Positions 5,631 through 12,129 of a stretch of 12,129 nucleotides of DNA are shown here, piece after piece (the first letter of the stretch is position 1; each line of letters starts with the position of its first letter). A model generated the notes under the pieces. The model saw only the letters and a program-made list of their open reading frames with translations, was not told the origin of the DNA and did no database searches. A program made the position numbers and the translations under genes. This DNA comes from a bacterium (GTDB lineage: Bacteria > Arandabacterota > Arandabacteria > Arandabacterales > JALGWA01): contig JASFEA010000094.1 of the NCBI GenBank assembly GCA_050125095.1, positions 1 to 12,129 of the forward strand, read 5' to 3'.

Positions 5631-8213
5631 TCACCTCTGGCGGGTTCCGGAAAGCACAAAAGCCCCCGTCCAGGCATCGAAACCCGTCACGTCGCCCGAA
5701 TCATCGGTTCTGAAGGTAACCGTCCAGCCCATTGCGGGTGAGAAGAAATCCATCGGGCTCTCCGGAAGAAGCAGTACGCGGGCGCCTTCAGTCCCGGGAT
5801 CGGGGGCGTAGAGGCGGCCGTCCTCCACCCAGAACGGCAAGGTACCGAGGCCCGGAAGGTCGTAGTTGCCGGTCACGGCATTAAGCTGTTCCTCTGTGAG
5901 AACCGCAGGGTTCTTCTTCTCAGGCTGGTAGTCGGGCCAGTCATAGGTGACGGCGATGGCGCGCAGGATCTCTCCGTAAAGGTGGTCGCCGGCATCGGAG
6001 TTCGTCATGATGACGGCCCCTTTGCCCGTGCGGGCGTATGCCGCCAGCAGGTTGCGATAGCCGCGGTTGCCTCCGCTGTGGGTGAACATGACCTCGCCGT
6101 GTCCGCTTGACACCGCAAGGCCCAGCCCGTAATGCCCCACTCGCCACGTCAGCATGTCGCGCGCCGTCTCCTTCTTAAGCAGGCTGCCGGCCTCCCCTGA
6201 GTATGACTTCTGAATCTCCACGGCGAAGCGCGCGAGGTCGGAAGGCGTGGACCACAGGCCCGCGCCGGCGCCGTACTCGGGATAGAGGTGATAACCGCCG
6301 TCTACCGGCGTGCCGTCGGCCAGATATGCGAAAGCGGCGTTCTCCTCCAGTTCAGCAGGCAGGGCGGCGCTGTAAAACGTTCTGGTCATCCCGGCCGGTT
6401 CGAATACCAGCTCGCGCATGGCATCTTCGAACGGCTCGCCGAGGACGTCCTCAAACATCTGCTGGAGCACCATGAAGCCTCCGCCTGAGTACCTCCACTG
6501 CGTGCCGGGGACCAGGTCCACCCTTACCGGCGGCGTATTGCAGGGCGGCGTCCCGTCCAGGACCTCCACAAGCGTCGGGAGGTCGGACCCCTTCGGATAG
6601 CCCGGGAAACCGTGCACCGTGGTTCCGGCCGAATGGCTGAGGAGCATTTCCAGAGTCACGTCTCTATCCCCGGTGAACTCGTTCTCCGGGAGTCTCCAGG
6701 ACCGGAGATAACGGTTGACGTCGACGTCGAGGTCGAAAACCCCCTTCTCTACAAGCCTCAGCGCGCCCGCCGAGGTCACGGGTTTGCCTATGGAGGCGAC
6801 CTGGAAAAGCGTCTCGGTATCCACCATGCGGCCTGTGCCGGCCTCGAGCTCGCCGTAGCCTTCAGCCCACTCGATGCGGCCCCCGTTTATGACCGCTATG
6901 CTCACGCCGGGCACCTGGTAGTGCTTCATGCGTTCGTATATGTTGTAGGTTTTCTGGAACTCTTCATGCCCATCCACCATAAAAGCCGTACACAGTCCGT
7001 TCTCGACGCTTCGCATGCGCGAGCCGACTTCATCCGAGCCCGCGCCGGCGGCCCCTCCCAGCAATATTTGCACGGCCTTCGTCCGCAACGTTTCCTTCCT
7101 GTCTTTGGAGTTCATCTGGTTTATTGTAAGGACGACACTCATGTCCTCTTCGGGACAGTAATAGGCGTCGCACGAATACGCTCCCGGGTGGCCGTAGAAA
7201 GTCCTCCCGCCTATGATCATCCTTTTTATGCCGAAGCCATAGTTCCAATGGTCGTCTTTTACCGTCGCGGCCAGCATTGCATCAAGCGTCGACCTCTTCT
7301 CAAACAACTCCCCCTTAAGAAGCGCCCGGTAGAAGGTGTTGAGGTCTTCTGTGGTGGACACGATGCCGCCGCCACCCCAGTCGAAGGACGTGTTGACATC
7401 GCGGGAGACGTTCATGCTCCCATAGAAGGCATGTGACAGGGGCGCCTCCCCCCTCGGTTCCTCATAGTACTCGAGATAGGAATTGTCCAGGCCGAGGGGC
7501 TCGAATATGCGGGTGCGGTATTGCTCGTGAAGGGGAGTGCCGGTCACCTTCTCGATGATGAGTCCCAGCAGCATGTAATTGGTATCGGTGTATTCCCAGC
7601 CCTCCCCCGGCGCGAAAGCCGGCTTCCGGTTGAGATGGTACTCGAAGTACTTGTCCATCATCATGGCCGGCGTCCACTGGATCCGGGGATGCTCTATTAT
7701 GTACTGAATGAATCTGGGGTCTCCGCCCAGATAGCATCCCAGGCCGCTCGTATGCCCGAGGAGGTGCTCTATGGTGACGCGCCGGCCATAAGAAACCCCG
7801 TCTATCAATTGCAGGGTATCGAGCGGCACCACGGGTGATGAGGCGAAGAACTCATCGAGAGTATCGTCCAGACCGAGCACTCCCTCCTCCACGAGCTGCA
7901 GCACCACCGCGGACGTGAAGGTTTTGCTGATGCTTGCGATCTTGTAAGCGTGGTCCGGCGTCATGGGCTCGCCTGCGCCGTCGGCTTGCCCGGCGGCCCC
8001 CTTGTATTTGAAGCCGGGGCCCTCGACCAGAAGCACCGCGTTATGAATCGGGTCCTCGTCCGCCGGGTCTATCACATTCTCGATCAGGGCCCTTAGGTCA
8101 TTCCCGACCGGGCCTGGGCCGCGTCCGTCTGCCGTAACGTGGACGGCCGCCAGAAGTGCCATGACGCCCGCCAGCACGCACCACTTCGCCGGAGAGATAT
8201 CCGTTGAGAGCAT
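5631..8213 (-). CDS. Secreted serine hydrolase with two tandem beta-lactamase/PBP-like (AmpC/R61-type) domains and a C-terminal beta-rich (DUF3471-like) domain
   Basis: Domain 1: ASISK, LLGHTSGL, YTDTNY, GHPG. Domain 2: ASIGK, LLSHSAG, YSGGG, THSGG. Likely start is ATG 8213 (GGAGGA 6 nt upstream) rather than 8228; hydrophobic signal WCVLAGVMALLAAVHVTA. Confidence 0.9.
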   Translation of the reverse strand: MLSTDISPAKWCVLAGVMALLAAVHVTADGRGPGPVGNDLRALIENVIDPADEDPIHNAVLLVEGPGFKYKGAAGQADGAGEPMTPDHAYKIASISKTFTSAVVLQLVEEGVLGLDDTLDEFFASSPVVPLDTLQLIDGVSYGRRVTIEHLLGHTSGLGCYLGGDPRFIQYIIEHPRIQWTPAMMMDKYFEYHLNRKPAFAPGEGWEYTDTNYMLLGLIIEKVTGTPLHEQYRTRIFEPLGLDNSYLEYYEEPRGEAPLSHAFYGSMNVSRDVNTSFDWGGGGIVSTTEDLNTFYRALLKGELFEKRSTLDAMLAATVKDDHWNYGFGIKRMIIGGRTFYGHPGAYSCDAYYCPEEDMSVVLTINQMNSKDRKETLRTKAVQILLGGAAGAGSDEVGSRMRSVENGLCTAFMVDGHEEFQKTYNIYERMKHYQVPGVSIAVINGGRIEWAEGYGELEAGTGRMVDTETLFQVASIGKPVTSAGALRLVEKGVFDLDVDVNRYLRSWRLPENEFTGDRDVTLEMLLSHSAGTTVHGFPGYPKGSDLPTLVEVLDGTPPCNTPPVRVDLVPGTQWRYSGGGFMVLQQMFEDVLGEPFEDAMRELVFEPAGMTRTFYSAALPAELEENAAFAYLADGTPVDGGYHLYPEYGAGAGLWSTPSDLARFAVEIQKSYSGEAGSLLKKETARDMLTWRVGHYGLGLAVSSGHGEVMFTHSGGNRGYRNLLAAYARTGKGAVIMTNSDAGDHLYGEILRAIAVTYDWPDYQPEKKNPAVLTEEQLNAVTGNYDLPGLGTLPFWVEDGRLYAPDPGTEGARVLLLPESPMDFFSPAMGWTVTFRTDDSGDVTGFDAWTGAFVLSGTRQR

Positions 8214-8235
8214 GTACGTTCCTCCCATTCGCAGG

Positions 8236-8280
8236 GGGATTTGAGGCGGGGCTGAGCGCCCCGCACGGGGCCTCTATCCC
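8236..8280. promoter_or_regulatory. Nested inverted repeat in the 5' leader of the serine hydrolase gene
   Basis: GGGAT (8236-8240) / ATCCC (8276-8280), GAGGC (8243-8247) / GCCTC (8270-8274) and GCGGGGC (8246-8252) / GCCCCGC (8258-8264). Function unknown. Confidence 0.4.
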
Positions 8281-8329
8281 AATTACGCTCAATGCGCCCG
8301 CGGTGTTTCAGAAAAGTCAAAATACTTCA

Positions 8330-8358
8330 TTCACACTCCGGGTTCCGGGCGCTATAGT
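8330..8358 (+). promoter_or_regulatory. Putative sigma70 promoter for the M24 peptidase-DUF188 pair
   Basis: TTCACA (8330-8335), 17-nt spacer, TATAGT (8353-8358); each hexamer is one mismatch from consensus. RBS AAGGAG at 8401-8406. Confidence 0.7.
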
Positions 8359-8412
8359 GTCGGAAGTGCAAACCGTGAATGACCAATTCAAACGCAGCAC
8401 AAGGAGCGGAAC

Positions 8413-9636
8413 ATGAAACAGGACCTGGACAGACTCATGGCCGAGCGCGGTTTCGACGCGCTCACGGTCATCGGGACCCCCAAGACCAGCCGCGACCTCT
8501 TATATATGACAGGCCCCATAGCCGTCCTGCGCGCGAGACTGATGAAGAAGCGCGGCAAAGAACCCGTGCTCATTGTAAGCGGCATGGAGCGCGATGAGGC
8601 CGCCGGGAGCGGCCTCGAGATCAGGACCTACGGCGACCTCGACATCATCAGGATAACTCGCGAGGCCGCCGACCCCCTGGAGGCCAGCGTCATGGCGTTC
8701 CTGCACGCATGCGACGTTCTCGGCATCGGCGGCAACGTCGCCTTTTACGGCGTCGACGATGTCCCTTACACGCATGCGTTCCTCAGGTCCCTGCAGAGCG
8801 CCGGCCGTTTCGATGTCGCCGTCGAGCCTTATGATTCCATATTCAGCGAAGCCCGCATGACCAAGGACAATGAGGAGATAGGGAGAATCGAATCCGTAAG
8901 CCGCCGGGCACAGGAAGTCATGACCGCCGTCAGGGACTTCTTAAGCACATGCAGCGACAGGGGCGGCAGAATCGTCGACGCCGGCGGTGAGGAAGTCACG
9001 ATCGGCCGCATCAAAGAGATGATTCAGGCGGAAACCGAGGCCCGGGGCATGATGCTGGACGAGGAAGTCATCTTCTCGCAGGGCCGCGACTCGGCCATCT
9101 GCCACAGCCGCGGAGACGACGCGGCCACGCTCGTGCCGGGTAAGACAATCGTATTCGACTACTGCCCCCAGGAAGCCGGCGGCGGTTTCTTCTGCGATAT
9201 CACCCGCACATGGTGCCCTGGTCACGTGCCTGACGCCGTAAAGGAGATATACGACCAGGTGCTGGAGATCCACGGGAAAGTCCTGGACCGGCTCGAAGTC
9301 GGCGGTCTCTGCTCATCTTATGACAAGCTCACCAACGAGTACTTCGACTCCCACGGCCACCCGACTCCGGGCAATGAAAAGAGCAAGGACGAGGGCTATG
9401 TGCACTCGCTGGGCCACGGCATCGGGCTCAGCATGCACGAGCGCCCCCGGCTGGCGCTAATGTCCAAGACCGAGGAACGCCTGGCCCCGGGGCATGTATT
9501 CACCGTAGAGCCCGGGCTCTACTATCCCGGCCGCGAGATAGGCGTGCGGCTGGAAGACGATATCGCGATCAGGGAAGACGGTACCATAGTGAACTTGACG
9601 ACAATCTCCAAGGACATACTTGTACCGCTGAAATAA
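8413..9636 (+). CDS. M24 family metallopeptidase (Xaa-Pro aminopeptidase/dipeptidase-like)
   Basis: Motifs ARMTKD.EEI, FDYCP...FCDITRT, HSLGHGIGLSMHERP, TVEPGLY and GVRLEDD; strong RBS; 407 aa. Confidence 0.93.
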   Translation: MKQDLDRLMAERGFDALTVIGTPKTSRDLLYMTGPIAVLRARLMKKRGKEPVLIVSGMERDEAAGSGLEIRTYGDLDIIRITREAADPLEASVMAFLHACDVLGIGGNVAFYGVDDVPYTHAFLRSLQSAGRFDVAVEPYDSIFSEARMTKDNEEIGRIESVSRRAQEVMTAVRDFLSTCSDRGGRIVDAGGEEVTIGRIKEMIQAETEARGMMLDEEVIFSQGRDSAICHSRGDDAATLVPGKTIVFDYCPQEAGGGFFCDITRTWCPGHVPDAVKEIYDQVLEIHGKVLDRLEVGGLCSSYDKLTNEYFDSHGHPTPGNEKSKDEGYVHSLGHGIGLSMHERPRLALMSKTEERLAPGHVFTVEPGLYYPGREIGVRLEDDIAIREDGTIVNLTTISKDILVPLK

Positions 9637-9673
9637 TCTGAAAATAGTGCGCAACGGAAGGAGAGGCCGGCCC

Positions 9674-10129
9674 TTGCTTCATATCTTCGTGGATGCGGAT
9701 GCCTGCCCGGTAAAACAGGAAGTCTACAGGGTAGCCGGGCGCTACGATTTGAAGGTCACGCTCGTGGCGGCGTCCCACATGCGCATCCCCGAGAGCAGCC
9801 GGATAAGGCTCGAGGTGGCGGGCGAGGGCCTCGACGCCGCGGATGACTTAATTGTGGATCACATTGAGCCCGACGACATCGTGATCACCGCGGACGTGCA
9901 TCTGGCGGCCCGGGCCCTCACGAAGGGCGCATTCGTGCTGGGGCATAAGGGCAAACCCTTCACCGATGACAATATAGGGTCTGCTCTCGCCACCCGCGAC
10001 CTGCTGGCGGAGCTTCGAGCATCAGGTGAGGTCAGGGGCGGGCCCCCGCCGTTTTCCGGGAAGGACCGGTCGCTTTTTCTTCAGCAGCTCGACCAGGCCG
10101 TCAACGCAATCCTGCGCAAGAGAAAATGA
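9674..10129 (+). CDS. yaiI: YaiI/YqxD family protein (DUF188/UPF0178)
   Basis: Family signatures IFVDADACPVK, DAADD.I, DIVITAD..LA and GGPPPF...DR..F...LD. Likely start is TTG 9674 after AAGGAGAGG; the track start is GTG 9647. Confidence 0.88.
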   Translation: MLHIFVDADACPVKQEVYRVAGRYDLKVTLVAASHMRIPESSRIRLEVAGEGLDAADDLIVDHIEPDDIVITADVHLAARALTKGAFVLGHKGKPFTDDNIGSALATRDLLAELRASGEVRGGPPPFSGKDRSLFLQQLDQAVNAILRKRK

Positions 10130-10149
10130 GGCTCCGGTCTTGTGCCGTC

Positions 10150-10176
10150 GATGGCCGCCAGGGGCCGGCGGCCATC
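10150..10176. terminator. Perfect 10-bp hairpin between convergent genes; candidate terminator or 3' stabilising stem
   Basis: GATGGCCGCC (10150-10159), 7-nt loop, GGCGGCCATC (10167-10176), between stops at 10129 (+) and 10194 (-). No U-tract on either side. Confidence 0.5.
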
Positions 10177-10193
10177 CCAGCAATCTGTCCCGG

Positions 10194-11270
10194 TCAGAGC
10201 CTGTCCTCGGGCGCGGCCTGAGATAAGAAGAATTCCCCAAGTGTCCGGCCCACGATTTCGTGACCCACTACGTTCCAGTGCAGATCATCACCGAAAATCA
10301 CAGCTGTCCCGCCTGCATCCGCTTTTCCCAGCGCCTCCGCGATGCTGACGAAGTGAATCCCGTGGGACTCGGCGAGGTCTATCAAGTCAATTGTGTCGTC
10401 GTGGTGAATGAAACCGCGCGCGGGGTCGGGTACGACAGTCATGATGAGGCTGCAGCCCCTGTTTTCGCAGGCGTCGCACATGGCAAGAACCAGCGCCTGC
10501 GTGACGACCTCACCCCTCCGCTCTACAGCACTCCGGCCCTCGGGCAGATCCGACTTGTCAGCCAGATCTCGAAAATGAAACCGGGCGGCGCGGTGCTTGA
10601 CAAAGTTGAGCAGGTGAGAACTCGCAAAGAGCGTTCTATAGCCCGGCATCCAAGCGGTAGCTTGCTGGACTGTCCGCCATAGCGTTTTGGGGGCGTCATG
10701 CTTGACGAGCTCCCCGTCTTCCAGAGTGTAGAGGCCGCAAGTGATATTGTCCCAATAGTCATTTGCCTGGCAGAAGCAAAGAACAACGTAGTCCGGGTCA
10801 TACTTGATACCCTCTCTCAAGAATAGGGCGTATTGCTGTGCCGTGCCGGTGCTACCGACCCCCATATTAAGTACTTCCCACGTCTCATCGCCCCCGCCCT
10901 CAGCATTCAGGATGCGCTCCAGCACCTTTGAGAAGGTCTCATCGGCCTGAACCCCATAGCCAAAAGTAAAAGAATCCCCAAGGACTATGATCCGCTTAAT
11001 TCCTTCACGCTTCTCATAAGCGAATTCGCGGTCGCGGAGCCCTTTGGAGTTAATTATCGCATCCATCTTGAAGTCCTTGGTTTTCACAAAACCCCTCCCA
11101 CCACATATATGTCTTGTTCCGACTTCCCGATCCCAAGTGTTGACAATCGCCGCGAAGCGCGTCTGTGGCCGGAAGATCCGGATCAGTGCTTCCATTGCGA
11201 CGAGGGTGACGATGAGCGCAACACATACGATTAGGATGTTTATGGCGAATCCTGCCAGGCGTGATCGCAT
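10194..11270 (-). CDS. Membrane-anchored SGNH/GDSL hydrolase family protein (AlgX/AlgJ/DltD-like acyltransferase or esterase)
   Basis: N-terminal TM helix, INSKGLRD, VLGDSFTFG (catalytic Ser), LNMGVGSTGT, ANDYWD and DDLHWN (Asp-His). RBS GGAGG at 11282..11278. Confidence 0.88.
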   Translation of the reverse strand: MRSRLAGFAINILIVCVALIVTLVAMEALIRIFRPQTRFAAIVNTWDREVGTRHICGGRGFVKTKDFKMDAIINSKGLRDREFAYEKREGIKRIIVLGDSFTFGYGVQADETFSKVLERILNAEGGGDETWEVLNMGVGSTGTAQQYALFLREGIKYDPDYVVLCFCQANDYWDNITCGLYTLEDGELVKHDAPKTLWRTVQQATAWMPGYRTLFASSHLLNFVKHRAARFHFRDLADKSDLPEGRSAVERRGEVVTQALVLAMCDACENRGCSLIMTVVPDPARGFIHHDDTIDLIDLAESHGIHFVSIAEALGKADAGGTAVIFGDDLHWNVVGHEIVGRTLGEFFLSQAAPEDRL

Positions 11271-11302
11271 TCAAATGCCTCCAGTCGAGCTCAAGGCGGC
11301 GC

Positions 11303-11461
11303 CTAGAAGAGCGCATAGATGAATGGAGCTACGGCTGTCCCTTCCGTCAGGACTATAAGAACACCGAGGAGCACCACGAGAATAATAATTGGGGTCAGCC
11401 ACCACTTCCTTCGTCGCTTGAGGAACTCCATGAGTTCCATAAAGGTACTCAATCTCCCCAT
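11303..11461 (-). CDS. DUF5989/SxtK-like small membrane protein (52 aa)
   Basis: MGRLSTFMELMEFLKRRRKWWLTPIIILVVLLGVLIVLTEGTAVAPFIYALF carries the family pattern FL..RKKWWL.P...APFIY.LF. ATG 11461 is preceded by GGAGAAGG; the track start at 11512 is less likely. Confidence 0.85.
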   Translation of the reverse strand: MGRLSTFMELMEFLKRRRKWWLTPIIILVVLLGVLIVLTEGTAVAPFIYALF

Positions 11462-11521
11462 GTGCGCCTTCTCCATCTTGACGTATGAGCGGACAATCGT
11501 GTCATCCGCCATGTGATATTA

Positions 11522-11944
11522 CTAATACTGGCGCTCATAGCTTTCCGGACCGCGCTCGGTTACTTCCTTCGGTCTCCAATAGGTTCGAGCCCCGGGATCC
11601 TTGCCAAGGTTCAGGAATTCCTTGCCGAAGAGACGTCCCGCAATTGCAATCGGAGACACTCCAACATAGAAGATTACACATAGCAGTACGCGGGTCATCA
11701 CCCAGCTCAAAACCAGGGCCAGGCCCATCCACAGCCTAAAGACGAGTCCGAGTGCGCGCGGCAGAAAAGCACCGAGCACAAAAAACACCACCGCCAAGGC
11801 AAGGAAATAAGGGCATATCTCCTTGCCGCGCCAGAGAAGAAGCGCCCCCAATACGGCGAAACAGACAGCCATGGTGAAGCCGAAATTCCTGAGCCTTCTC
11901 TTTGCTGGCTCGGCCAGGTCGATATGCTCTGCTCCAGGTCTCAT
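11522..11944 (-). CDS. SxtJ family membrane protein
   Basis: LRNFG, three hydrophobic segments, WM.LA..L.WV.TRVLL..IFY....PI, TYW and terminal ERQY. ATG 11944 overlaps the carbamoyltransferase stop (TGATG), suggesting translational coupling; the track start is 11971. Confidence 0.85.
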   Translation of the reverse strand: MRPGAEHIDLAEPAKRRLRNFGFTMAVCFAVLGALLLWRGKEICPYFLALAVVFFVLGAFLPRALGLVFRLWMGLALVLSWVMTRVLLCVIFYVGVSPIAIAGRLFGKEFLNLGKDPGARTYWRPKEVTERGPESYERQY

Positions 11945-12129
11945 CAGTCCAGCTCTATTTCCTTGCGCCACTCCATATCAGGCTGGGGCTGCTTCTGCTC
12001 TCCCTTGTCCAGCAGGAAGTTGCCCATTAGCAGGTAGTCCATCCTGGTCCGCATGAAGCACTTGTACGCGTCATCGGGAGTGCAGACGATGGGCTCCCCC
12101 CTTACGTTGAAGGAGGTGTTTATGATCAC
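11944..12129 (-). CDS. Carbamoyltransferase (NodU/CmcH/TobZ/SxtI family), C-terminal fragment; 5' part lies outside the window
   Basis: VIINTSFNVRGEPIVCTPDDAYKCFMRTRMDYLLMGNFLL is the characteristic C-terminal NTSFN..GEPIV motif; the ending WRKEIELD is typical of the SxtJ-linked subfamily. Confidence 0.92.
   Translation of the reverse strand: MIINTSFNVRGEPIVCTPDDAYKCFMRTRMDYLLMGNFLLDKGEQKQPQPDMEWRKEIELD

Noticed and set aside
5631-8213. Class C beta-lactamase (ampC) resistance gene
   Set aside because: The motifs (YTD/YSG, HPG/HSG) differ from AmpC's YxN and KTG; only a generic serine hydrolase call is supported.
8281-8325. Minus-strand TTGACT as the -35 of the serine hydrolase promoter
   Set aside because: No acceptable -10 at 16-18 nt spacing.
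8930-9020. Short insertion in the M24 peptidase (STCSDRGGRIVDAGGEEVT)
   Set aside because: In frame, with all catalytic motifs intact; it looks like an ordinary subfamily loop, not an intein or mobile insert.
271-12056. Remaining short alternative-frame and antisense ORFs in the track
   Set aside because: They overlap well-supported genes, are Arg/Pro/Ser-rich as expected for off-frame GC-rich sequence, and lack family motifs.
10194-12129. Saxitoxin biosynthesis cluster
   Set aside because: No sxtA, sxtG, sxtB or other core genes are in the window, and this cassette type also occurs outside toxin producers, so sxt gene symbols were not assigned.

Overview
GC-rich bacterial chromosomal window with 11 apparent genes and no RNA genes, mobile elements or CRISPR arrays that I can support. 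Left, minus strand: a metallophosphoesterase, two tandem paralogous alkaline-phosphatase-superfamily (nucleotide pyrophosphatase/phosphodiesterase-type) enzymes with different N-terminal targeting, a 63-aa ribbon-helix-helix-like protein ending in RLKGLGYIS, and a truncated membrane protein missed by the ORF track that resembles the DUF106/EMC3/TMCO1 (Oxa1-superfamily) architecture. Middle: a secreted serine hydrolase with two tandem beta-lactamase/PBP-type domains, divergent from an M24 peptidase and a YaiI/YqxD (DUF188) gene. Right, minus strand and apparently lower in GC: the 3' end of a NodU/CmcH-type carbamoyltransferase, an SxtJ-family protein, a DUF5989/SxtK-like peptide and a membrane-anchored SGNH hydrolase (sxtI-J-K-L-like order). 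There are two main leads, both hypotheses. (1) The SxtK-like peptide ends in FIYALF, matching the DltX-type tyrosine acyl-shuttle motif, which suggests a carbamoyl relay across the membrane. (2) The left operon may be a membrane-spanning phospho/sulfo-group transfer system with its own insertase-like subunit. All family calls come from motif recognition by eye, not database searches.
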